Origin: Gemmatimonadota bacterium
GTDB taxonomy: Bacteria; Gemmatimonadota; Gemmatimonadetes; Gemmatimonadales; GWC2-71-9
Direction: 5' to 3'
DNA length: 32,000 bases
Assembly: GCA_039589275.1 (NCBI GenBank)
Contig: JBDHHP010000005.1
Location: forward strand, 4,269-36,268
Position 1 is the first letter of the stretch; each line of letters starts with the position of its first letter. Under the pieces are notes generated by a model, which had not been told where the DNA came from, did not search any database, and saw nothing but the letters and a program-made list of their open reading frames with translations. The position numbers and the translations under genes were made by a program. Shown here one piece after another: positions 7,695 through 15,261 of the stretch.

Positions 7695-8273
7695 CTGCGC
7701 GCCGCGGTCGCACTGGGGAATCCCGGTCCCGCTTACGCGAACACCAGGCACAACGCAGGTTTCATTCTAGCGGACGTCCTGGCGAAATGGTGGCGCATGC
7801 CACGGTTTCGTCGGGCCGGCCGCGCTCTCGTTACCAACGGACTGGTTGGCGGCCAGCAAGTCGCCCTCATCAAGCCTCAGACGTACATGAATCGAAGTGG
7901 ATCGGCGCTGGCCCCCCTGTTCGAGCAATCGGGCTTCAATGCGTCCGCTGACATGCTGATCATCGTGGACGACTACGCCCTTCCACTGGGAACGATGCGG
8001 TTCCGGGCTCACGGCTCGTCTGGTGGGCACAACGGTCTCGAGAGCATTGAGAACGCCGTCGGATCGACCAACTACCACCGGCTCCGCATTGGCGTGGGCC
8101 CTCTACCTGACGAACGTACGGATCCCGCTGACTTCGTCACCTCCCCGTTCACGAACGACGAGTCGGATACGCTGGCAGAGTTGATGCCCGTTCTGGTGCA
8201 GGCCGTGGACTGCTGGCTGGACGAAGGCATAGATGCGGCTATGAATAGGTTCAACGCCAAACGCGAAGTCTGA
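7695..8273 (+). CDS. pth: Peptidyl-tRNA hydrolase (start re-assigned to CTG 7695; the ORF-track ATG at 7797 truncates the protein)
   Basis: The frame upstream of ATG 7797 encodes ALRAAVALGNPGPAYANTRHNAGFILADVLAKWW. This is the conserved Pth N-terminus (GLGNPG...Y..TRHN.GF) and includes the catalytic His. No in-frame ATG, GTG or TTG lies between the TAG at 7689 and 7797. CTG 7695 gives a canonical-length N-terminus (M-RAAVA-LGNPG). Confidence 0.85.
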   Translation: MRAAVALGNPGPAYANTRHNAGFILADVLAKWWRMPRFRRAGRALVTNGLVGGQQVALIKPQTYMNRSGSALAPLFEQSGFNASADMLIIVDDYALPLGTMRFRAHGSSGGHNGLESIENAVGSTNYHRLRIGVGPLPDERTDPADFVTSPFTNDESDTLAELMPVLVQAVDCWLDEGIDAAMNRFNAKREV

Positions 8274-8284
8274 CGTCTTCCCCT

Positions 8285-9385
8285 GTGCGAATCGGCATTA
8301 TCGGCCTTCCGAACGTGGGTAAGTCCACCCTGTTCAACGCTCTCACATCAGCTGGCGCAGCGGCGGAGAATTACCCGTTCTGCACCGTGGATCCAAATGT
8401 CGGCGTCGTGTCCGTCCCAGACGAACGACTCGACCGGCTCGCAGCGGTGGTCCAGCTTCCGTTGACGACCCATGCGGTAATCGAGTTCGTGGACATCGCT
8501 GGGCTGGTTCGGGGTGCCAGCCAGGGCGAGGGACTTGGCAACCAGTTCTTAGGTCACATCCGGGACGTAGATGCGATCGCCCACGTCGTCCGCTGCTTCG
8601 AGGATCCCGACGTGAGTCACGTGATGGGAACCGTGGACCCAGTACGTGACCACGATGTAGTGACTACGGAACTGGCTCTGGCCGACCTTACGCTGGCTGA
8701 ACAACGACGTGACAAGGTAGTGAAGTCCGCTCGTTCGGGTGACAAGGAAGCTCAAGCGGAAGCGGAATGGCTCGATCGCCTGATCGAGGCACTGAACTCG
8801 GGACACGGCGCTCGCGACATAGTGCGGTCTGCTGAAGAGGCTCGCCAATACCGCCAACTCGGTATACTCACGGCCCTGCCAGTGCTGTACGCGGCCAACA
8901 TCGCGGAAGCTGACCTGGGAAAAAACGACCTACCCGCGCTGGAGGCCCTACGCACTGCGGCGCAAAAACACCACGAAAACGCCGAGATCGTCCCATTCTC
9001 GGCTCAGTTCGAGGCCGAGTTGTCCGAGTTGGATGATGCTGAACGCAGGGAATTCCTCGATAGCGTGGGCATGGAGGAGCCGGGATTGGACCGGTTTGTC
9101 ACGGCATGCTTCCACCTGCTGAAGCTCGAAACGTTCTTCACTCTGGTAGGTGACAAGGAAGTACGTGCCTGGGTGGTTCCAGTAGGGACAACGGCATTTG
9201 AGGCCGCCGGACGGATCCATACTGACTTCCAACGCGGTTTTATCAGGGCCGAGACTATTCCGGTAGAGGGTTTTATCAGTTCCGGTTCGTATCGTCGTGC
9301 GAGGGAGGAGGGAATGGTCCGCAGCGAGGGCCGGGATTACGTGGTACAGGACGGAGATGTGCTGCTGTTCAGGTTCAACGTCTAG
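8285..9385 (+). CDS. ychF: Redox-regulated ribosome-binding ATPase YchF
   Basis: GTG start. P-loop GLPNVGKSTLFNALT, G-domain motifs, and the C-terminal TGS-like motif FIRAE...G..R.EG..Y.V.DGDV..FRFNV. The pth-ychF adjacency is conserved. Confidence 0.95.
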   Translation: MRIGIIGLPNVGKSTLFNALTSAGAAAENYPFCTVDPNVGVVSVPDERLDRLAAVVQLPLTTHAVIEFVDIAGLVRGASQGEGLGNQFLGHIRDVDAIAHVVRCFEDPDVSHVMGTVDPVRDHDVVTTELALADLTLAEQRRDKVVKSARSGDKEAQAEAEWLDRLIEALNSGHGARDIVRSAEEARQYRQLGILTALPVLYAANIAEADLGKNDLPALEALRTAAQKHHENAEIVPFSAQFEAELSELDDAERREFLDSVGMEEPGLDRFVTACFHLLKLETFFTLVGDKEVRAWVVPVGTTAFEAAGRIHTDFQRGFIRAETIPVEGFISSGSYRRAREEGMVRSEGRDYVVQDGDVLLFRFNV

Positions 9386-9496
9386 GGCCGTCAGCCCACC
9401 CCTACAAAAGCCACTGCAGGCCTGCTAGATTCGTTGCTCGACCACCACCTACTCCGTCCCTTAGAGGCCGGGGTCAACTAGTCCGAAGGAGGTGTC

Positions 9497-9952
9497 ATGG
9501 CCCGTCCATACGAGGTCGTATACATCTTTGACAGCGCGCTCGAGGAAACGCAGATCGACCAACACCTCGAGCGATTTCACGAACTCCTCAAGAGCCCAAC
9601 ACAGCCCGAGCCGATTACGAGTCTCAGTCACTGGGGCAAACGGACGCTCTCGTACCCCATCAAGAGCCGAGAGCTGGGATACTATGTAGTTGCCCAGTTT
9701 GAGACTGATCCGACTCTATTAGACGAGTATGAACGCATAGTGAAGCTCGAAGACGCTGTGCTGCGCCACCTAATCGTCATCAACGAAGGACTTGCCCCGC
9801 TCCCAGCGGCTGCTGCTGAACCTGAGCCAGGATCAGACAACCGGGTTGCTGAATCGGCGCCAGCCGCCGAGACAGTGGCAACTGATGAGGGCGAACAAGT
9901 AGAGCAGCCGTTAGCCGAGGCCGAGGAGGAGAACAATGCCCCGACCCAGTAA
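9497..9952 (+). CDS. rpsF: 30S ribosomal protein S6 with acidic C-terminal extension
   Basis: RPYEVVYIF...[11 protein letters not shown] motif. A strong SD (AAGGAGG, 9486..9492) lies 4 nt upstream of the ATG. Confidence 0.9.
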   Translation: MARPYEVVYIFDSALEETQIDQHLERFHELLKSPTQPEPITSLSHWGKRTLSYPIKSRELGYYVVAQFETDPTLLDEYERIVKLEDAVLRHLIVINEGLAPLPAAAAEPEPGSDNRVAESAPAAETVATDEGEQVEQPLAEAEEENNAPTQ

Positions 9953-10157
9953 GACCTGCCCCGTGTGTGAATCGGGCGTCAGGGTGGTGGACTACAAGGA
10001 CGAGCGGGTGCTTTCTCGTTTCACCACCGAGCGCGGCAAGATCCTCCCCAGTCGCCTGTCCGGCATGTGCGCGCGTCATCAACGGCAGTTGTCTCGAGCG
10101 ATAAAGCGGGCGCGCCACCTAGCGCTGCTCCCGTACATCAAGGGCTCCGGCCGGTAG
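9936..10157 (+). CDS. rpsR: 30S ribosomal protein S18 (Cys-containing C+ type)
   Basis: VDYKD...[37 protein letters not shown] plus CARH resembles the zinc-binding form. It overlaps rpsF by 17 nt. Confidence 0.9.
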   Translation: MPRPSKTCPVCESGVRVVDYKDERVLSRFTTERGKILPSRLSGMCARHQRQLSRAIKRARHLALLPYIKGSGR

Positions 10158-10199
10158 GGCCCCGAGGCGCGGCGGCGGGAACGGCGCCTGCGATCGTCG

Positions 10200-11141
10200 A
10201 TGGGCATCAGACCATGGTTAGCTCGCAACAAGCGAGTGCTGGCAGCTGCGGTGTTGTTCACCGTGTTTGCGCCCGTACCACTTTTCGCGTTTCCTCTCGC
10301 GCTGCTACTTGCGTTCGCACCACTCCGCAGCCGTTCTGAAGCCCTCGCGGCCGCCATCCTGGGTGGCCTCAGCCTAGTCTGGCTCCTACGACTCGGTACC
10401 CTTCCTGACCAGGTCGTGCGGGCAAGCGTCGTAATCGCCGGCCTAGTGTACGCGGTTGGGACGCGATTCACGGCGGCCACCGTCACTCACAGGGCTCTTG
10501 CTGCGGTGGCACTGGCCAGCGTGGCTGTGGGGAACATGCTTTATGGGCTCGGTTCGTCCTGGGCGGAACTGACGTGGTGGGTAGAACGAGCCGCTGCCCG
10601 GCTGGCGAGACAGCAGGAGTTCGGAATGTGGATGATCTGCTATGGCGGCACGTCCGAAGGCACCCAGATGCCTGAGGTCATGGGTCAGACTGTGAGGTTC
10701 ATTGCGGACTACCATCCGGCCATACTCGCTGTCCAGTTAATGGCCGGGATGGCCGTGGCCACGGCGATCTATCACCGCGTGGCGCAGCAGCCTCGTGGGA
10801 CCCCACTGGGCTCGTTCCGAGAGTTCCGCTTCAACGAGAACCTAGGCTGGGCGGCGATCGTGCCACTGCTCGTCATCCTGAGCCCGGTTCCGGCCGCCGC
10901 TAGGCTTGCGGCCGCAAATGTGCTCGTCGTCATGGGAGTGCTTTACGCCATCCGGGGAATCGCCGTGGCAGCGAGCGGGCTGAGTCGCGCCGGCCGGAAC
11001 CGGAGCCTCAGCGTGGCGCTCAGTGTGGCAATTGCCCTGATGATATTGCCCATTGCCCTCACAGGTGCGATCCTATTGGGCGTAGTGGATTCGCGTATGG
11101 ACCTGAGACGGCGGTGGGTGTCACCGCAAGCAAGTAGGTAG
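10200..11141 (+). CDS. Polytopic inner-membrane protein of unknown function, possibly DUF2232/YybS-like by position
   Basis: Multiple hydrophobic helices run throughout the protein. It lies between rpsR and rplI, where Firmicutes carry the DUF2232 protein YybS. The family assignment rests on synteny only. Confidence 0.55.
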   Translation: MGIRPWLARNKRVLAAAVLFTVFAPVPLFAFPLALLLAFAPLRSRSEALAAAILGGLSLVWLLRLGTLPDQVVRASVVIAGLVYAVGTRFTAATVTHRALAAVALASVAVGNMLYGLGSSWAELTWWVERAAARLARQQEFGMWMICYGGTSEGTQMPEVMGQTVRFIADYHPAILAVQLMAGMAVATAIYHRVAQQPRGTPLGSFREFRFNENLGWAAIVPLLVILSPVPAAARLAAANVLVVMGVLYAIRGIAVAASGLSRAGRNRSLSVALSVAIALMILPIALTGAILLGVVDSRMDLRRRWVSPQASR

Positions 11142-11145
11142 CTAA

Positions 11146-11592
11146 ATGGAAGTGATTCTCAGAGAAACCGTCGATAACGTGGGACAGGCAGGTGAGATAG
11201 TCAAAGTCAAGAACGGCTATGCCCGCAACTTCCTGATCCCTCGCGGACTCGCATATCAGGCCACGACCTCGAACAAAAGGCGAGTGGAGTCAGAAGCCGT
11301 CAGACGAGCGCAGGCACAGCAGGCACAGCAGGCAGATGCAGAGGTGCTTGCGCAGCGGTTGACGGATCTGTCTATCGAGTTCACGGTGAAAGCTGGAGAA
11401 GGCGACAAGTTGTTCGGATCAATTACGTCGGCCGACATCGCTGAGAAGCTGGCTGACCGCGGATACACCATCGACAAGCGAACAATCGAGTTGGAGGAGC
11501 CGATCAAGATGATCGGGATTTACACAGTGCCGGTTCGTCTCCACGCTGAAGTCAAGGCAGGACTTCGGGTCTGGGTGGTCAAGGAAGAATAG
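11146..11592 (+). CDS. rplI: 50S ribosomal protein L9
   Basis: MEVILRETVDNVGQAGEIVKVKNGYARNFLIPRGLA is the canonical L9 N-terminus. Confidence 0.92.
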   Translation: MEVILRETVDNVGQAGEIVKVKNGYARNFLIPRGLAYQATTSNKRRVESEAVRRAQAQQAQQADAEVLAQRLTDLSIEFTVKAGEGDKLFGSITSADIAEKLADRGYTIDKRTIELEEPIKMIGIYTVPVRLHAEVKAGLRVWVVKEE

Positions 11593-13403
11593 TGTCGAGC
11601 ATCTCCGTCGGGATTGCTTACCTCGACGGTCCGCGGCTGCGACTATCGCTGCTGGCCGCGGCCGATTGGATCGACGCGGGTCGGGAAGAGCTGAACCGCA
11701 TAAATGTCTTCCCTGTCCCAGACGGAGACACCGGCACCAACTTCGCCTCGACGCTACGTGCCGTGGCCGAGGCAGTACGGCGTCTCAAGCCCACGGCCCC
11801 GCTTCCAGAAGTGCTCAAAGCAATGGCGGACACGAGCATCTTCAATGCGCGCGGCAATTCGGGGATGTTGCTGTCGCAATTCCTGCTGGGCTTCCGCGAA
11901 TCGCTGCAAGACAAGCACGCGGCCGCTCCGGGCGATGTGGCGCAGGCGATTCGCCAAGGTGCTGTTAGGCTACATCAATCGCTCGACGAGCCAGTCGAGG
12001 GAACGATTCTCACGGTCGCCCGTGAGGCGGCTGACGAAGCGGAACGTGCAGCTCTCGAGACTGACAACTTCGCAGAGCTGATGGTGCGCGTGCTGAAGCA
12101 CTCGGAGGTAACGCTACAGCACACCCCCGAGCTGTTGAGCGTGCTCAAGGAGGCCGGGGTCGTTGACGCTGGCGCAAAGGCCTTCGTTCGAATGCTTGAG
12201 GGAATCGTAAGGCTCATCGAGGGTGACCCCATCCTGCCGGCCGAGGGACCGATCGAGTACGACGTGCCCGATGCCGCCGCACTCGCTGAAGTGGCTGCGG
12301 AGCGCGACTTCGGTTTCTGCACCGAGGTGTTGGCACGGGGGGAGAAGTTCCCACCGACCACAGAGATCCGATCACGACTGAGGCAGTTTGGCGGGTCCAT
12401 CGTGGTGCTGGCCACTGAGGATCTCCTGAAGATCCATGTCCACACGGACACGCCCGAAGACGTCTTCGACTTGGTGAGGCAGTGGGGAACGATTGAGACC
12501 ACCAAAGCCGAGGACATGCGGGAGCAGCATCGCGAGCTGCACGAGTCTCAACGCAGCGTATGCATTGTCACTGACTCCGCCTGCGACCTCTCGGATGATA
12601 TCCTCGATCCAAATGGGGTGGTGGTGGTTCCGCTGCAGATCATAGAGGGTGACAAGACCTACCTCGACCGAGTCGAAATCCACGGTGGCGAACTCTATGC
12701 GCGCATGAAAGAGGAGGGCGCCGTTTTCACCACCTCTCAGCCAACGCCGGGAGCGTTTGCCCAGGCATTTGACGATGCGACCACAGTCGCTGATGAGGTG
12801 ATCGGCGTATTCCTCGGCGGCGCGCTCTCGGGGACTCTCTCCTCTGCGCAGGCAGCCGCCGGCGCGCGTGGTCTGGAACGGATCGAGTTCGTCGACTCAC
12901 GCAATGCGTCTTTTGGTCTAGGCCTCCTAGTGCTCAGGGCCATCGAGTTGATCGAACAGGGTTACAACGCCGCCGAGACGAAGCGGGAGCTCGACCGGGT
13001 GCGTGATCAGTCCGGTGCCTTCTTCACGGTGGACGTATTTGACAATCTGCTCAGGTCGGGCAGAGTGAGTCGGGGACGCGCTTGGCTCGGTGGTATCCTG
13101 GACATCAAGCCGATCCTGGAAGTGAATCTGGAAGGCAAGGTCGTACCACTGGATCGGGTGCGAGGACGAGAGCATCTCATCCCACGAGTCCTGAGGCACT
13201 TGGAGCGGCGACTCACGCCTCAGCCTGTATCAGTGCGCTTCGGAATCGCTCACGCTGGCGCCCCCGATGTCGCGGAGAGATTGCGCGCCGATCTAGAGGC
13301 GCGCTACGCCCCCCGTACTTGCCTGGTCGCCGACGTAGCTGCGGTCATCGGTGTCCACGTTGGCCCAGGTGCCTGGGGTATATTCTACCAGGTGGAAGAC
13401 TGA
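11592..13403 (+). CDS. DAK2 (DhaL/FakA-like) domain plus YloV-type middle domain fused to a DegV (FakB-like) fatty-acid-binding domain
   Basis: The GTG start overlaps the rplI stop (TAGTG). N-terminal FakA/YloV motifs: NVFPVPDGDTGTN, RGNSGMLLSQF, EGTILTV. Middle-domain motifs: FCTEV, LKIHVHTDTPED, KAEDMREQH. From about nt 12555 the sequence is typical DegV: CIVTDSACDLSDDIL...VVVPLQIIEGDKTYLD...TTSQPTPGAF...SG.LSGT. Confidence 0.8.
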   Translation: MSSISVGIAYLDGPRLRLSLLAAADWIDAGREELNRINVFPVPDGDTGTNFASTLRAVAEAVRRLKPTAPLPEVLKAMADTSIFNARGNSGMLLSQFLLGFRESLQDKHAAAPGDVAQAIRQGAVRLHQSLDEPVEGTILTVAREAADEAERAALETDNFAELMVRVLKHSEVTLQHTPELLSVLKEAGVVDAGAKAFVRMLEGIVRLIEGDPILPAEGPIEYDVPDAAALAEVAAERDFGFCTEVLARGEKFPPTTEIRSRLRQFGGSIVVLATEDLLKIHVHTDTPEDVFDLVRQWGTIETTKAEDMREQHRELHESQRSVCIVTDSACDLSDDILDPNGVVVVPLQIIEGDKTYLDRVEIHGGELYARMKEEGAVFTTSQPTPGAFAQAFDDATTVADEVIGVFLGGALSGTLSSAQAAAGARGLERIEFVDSRNASFGLGLLVLRAIELIEQGYNAAETKRELDRVRDQSGAFFTVDVFDNLLRSGRVSRGRAWLGGILDIKPILEVNLEGKVVPLDRVRGREHLIPRVLRHLERRLTPQPVSVRFGIAHAGAPDVAERLRADLEARYAPRTCLVADVAAVIGVHVGPGAWGIFYQVED

Positions 13404-13812
13404 CGAACCCAAGCTATCTGAGACGATTCCCACTCCGCGCCCCAAACACCTGACAGCTGAGAGACCAGCTGAGTCGGCCGAACTCCGACTGGCGGTCGAA
13501 ACGCTGGACGACCACAAGGGTCTGGACATCATGGTACTGGACCTTCGCGAGCTGAGCGACGCCACCGACTATTTCGTGGTAGCGTCCGGATCCTCAGATG
13601 TTCACGTTCGGGCGTTGGCGGAACAGGTTGAGCAGGCTCTGGAACGCGGCGGCAGGCGGGCGCACCACGTCGAAGGCGTGCGGGCTGGCCGCTGGGCCTT
13701 GCTCGACTACTTCGATTTCGTGGTGCACGTATTCCACCCCGTCCTGCGAGAGTTCTATCAGCTGGAGCGACTGTGGGCCGATGCTCCGACCAGACGGGTC
13801 GTCGTCGAGTAA
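13351..13812 (+). CDS. rsfS: Ribosome silencing factor RsfS (iojap family); start uncertain
   Basis: Core motifs LDDHKGLDIMVLDL...TDYFVVASGSS..H..A......VEG.....W.L.DY.DFVVHVF....R.FY.LE.LW. The in-frame canonical starts (GTG 13351, TTG 13360, GTG 13369) all lie inside the upstream CDS. CTG 13450 would give a typical length. Confidence 0.8.
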   Translation: MSTLAQVPGVYSTRWKTDEPKLSETIPTPRPKHLTAERPAESAELRLAVETLDDHKGLDIMVLDLRELSDATDYFVVASGSSDVHVRALAEQVEQALERGGRRAHHVEGVRAGRWALLDYFDFVVHVFHPVLREFYQLERLWADAPTRRVVVE

Positions 13813-13824
13813 GCGGAATCGACC

Positions 13825-15261
13825 TTGTCCAAAGCGAAGCCCAACCCTAATGTTTCGGCCGTGAAGCCGCACGTCATCCTGCTGCTACTGGCGGCCACAA
13901 TCACCGCCTGCCAACCCGACCAGTCACCCAATCCGGTCAGGGAAGTGTTTGATCGGACATCCAAAGTAGTGGCGGCCGGTGCTGCCCTCGCACTGCGGTT
14001 CCCGTCGCGAGGCTCAGAGGTGCAGCTGTATCGGCTTCCGGCCTTGGAGCAGGTATCGTGGAATTTCGAGACGAGAGGGCGACCGACCCAGCAGATCCTC
14101 GGGTTCGCACCTGACGCCAACCTGGTCTACACACTGGTAGAGGGAGAGGGGGACTCGGCGGGATTCGACCTCCTGGCGCTCGATCTGATCACCGGGCGCT
14201 CGCGCACCATCGACACCAGCTTGGCGGCAGCCGCGCTGGGACCGACGGGGAAGGCCCACGTGGTACGCCTCAACGGGTCCGTGGCCGAAGTCGAGCGCGG
14301 AAGGGTGCTGCTGTGGTCGGATACGCTGGATGGGGTGACTCACCTTTGGGGCGCCGCGCGGGAGCGCCTTCTGGCGGTGACTCAGACTGACCGGGGCCGT
14401 GAGCTGGCTCTCCTATCCGGCGGTCAGCCGCAGGTCAGGCAGCCGATTCCAGATGGCCCTGTGATCGTATCGCCATGGGGTCGCCTGGCCGCCATAGCGA
14501 CTGATTCGGGCATTGGCCTCTATCTGCCGCAGGAGCCGGAGCAAGCACACACAGTACCCCTGACGCCCTCTCCGCAGCTGCTGACAATGTCGCCATCCGG
14601 ACACAAGATATATGCGGTGCTGGGCGAAACCGAACTGGTCTCATTGGGGCGGTTCGGCGAAGGTGTACTGAGCCGCGCGGCGCTGCCCGGCCGCGCGGTC
14701 GACTTACGAGTTGATCCGTTGGGCAGGATGCTCTTCGCTCAGACCGCAAATGCAGATTCCGTTTGGGTATTCGACGCTTCCGCGTTGACCCTTAAGGGAA
14801 CGATTGCCGGATCGTGGGCAGACGATCTGCCAGCTGCGGGCCCCGACGGCACGATAATCGTCAGGAGTGAGAATCGACTAGTTGCAGTAGACCCTGAGAG
14901 TTTTGAGGTTGCCGCCACCACAACCGAACGGCAGGGTGATAGGTGGTTCATTGCAGGCTGGGACGCGCGGCGGCCGGTACTGGAACTGGAAGTCGAAGCA
15001 CCTGCAACAGGGGGCCAAGCTGGCCAGATCATCTACGTGCAGGTTTCCAGTTCAGGCAACCCCGCCTGGGCGGAGGACCTCGCCCAAGAGCTGCGAGCCG
15101 CGGGACTCAACACCACCGTCCTCCCGCCCGATTCCTCCGAGGAACGCTTTAGGGTTGTTCTAGGCCCCTACCCGACCCGTGAGGAGGCTGAGGAGAACGG
15201 CCGCCGCCTCGGCCGCCCGTTCTGGATCCTGACCCGGGACACCATTCCGCAGGTACAATGA
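13825..15261 (+). CDS. Lipoprotein with repeat-rich (beta-propeller-like) body and C-terminal SPOR domain
   Basis: Lipoprotein-type signal ...VILLLLAATITAC. GTG 13861 is an alternative start that gives MKPHVILLLLAATITAC. Blade-like repeats are present (SPSGHKIYAV, DPLGRMLFAQ, GPDGTIIVRS). The C-terminal 70 aa fit SPOR (IIYVQVSSSGNPAWAEDLAQELRAAGL...RFRVVLGPYPTREEAEE). Confidence 0.7.
   Translation: MSKAKPNPNVSAVKPHVILLLLAATITACQPDQSPNPVREVFDRTSKVVAAGAALALRFPSRGSEVQLYRLPALEQVSWNFETRGRPTQQILGFAPDANLVYTLVEGEGDSAGFDLLALDLITGRSRTIDTSLAAAALGPTGKAHVVRLNGSVAEVERGRVLLWSDTLDGVTHLWGAARERLLAVTQTDRGRELALLSGGQPQVRQPIPDGPVIVSPWGRLAAIATDSGIGLYLPQEPEQAHTVPLTPSPQLLTMSPSGHKIYAVLGETELVSLGRFGEGVLSRAALPGRAVDLRVDPLGRMLFAQTANADSVWVFDASALTLKGTIAGSWADDLPAAGPDGTIIVRSENRLVAVDPESFEVAATTTERQGDRWFIAGWDARRPVLELEVEAPATGGQAGQIIYVQVSSSGNPAWAEDLAQELRAAGLNTTVLPPDSSEERFRVVLGPYPTREEAEENGRRLGRPFWILTRDTIPQVQ

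Noticed and set aside
7797-8273. ORF-track ATG start for pth
   Set aside because: It would delete the conserved GLGNPG...TRHN N-terminus, which is encoded in frame immediately upstream. The start was re-assigned to CTG 7695.
9386-9496. Possible S6:S18-binding autoregulatory leader upstream of rpsF
   Set aside because: The position is plausible, but I could not identify a convincing conserved hairpin by eye. It needs a covariance-model search, so it is not reported as a feature.
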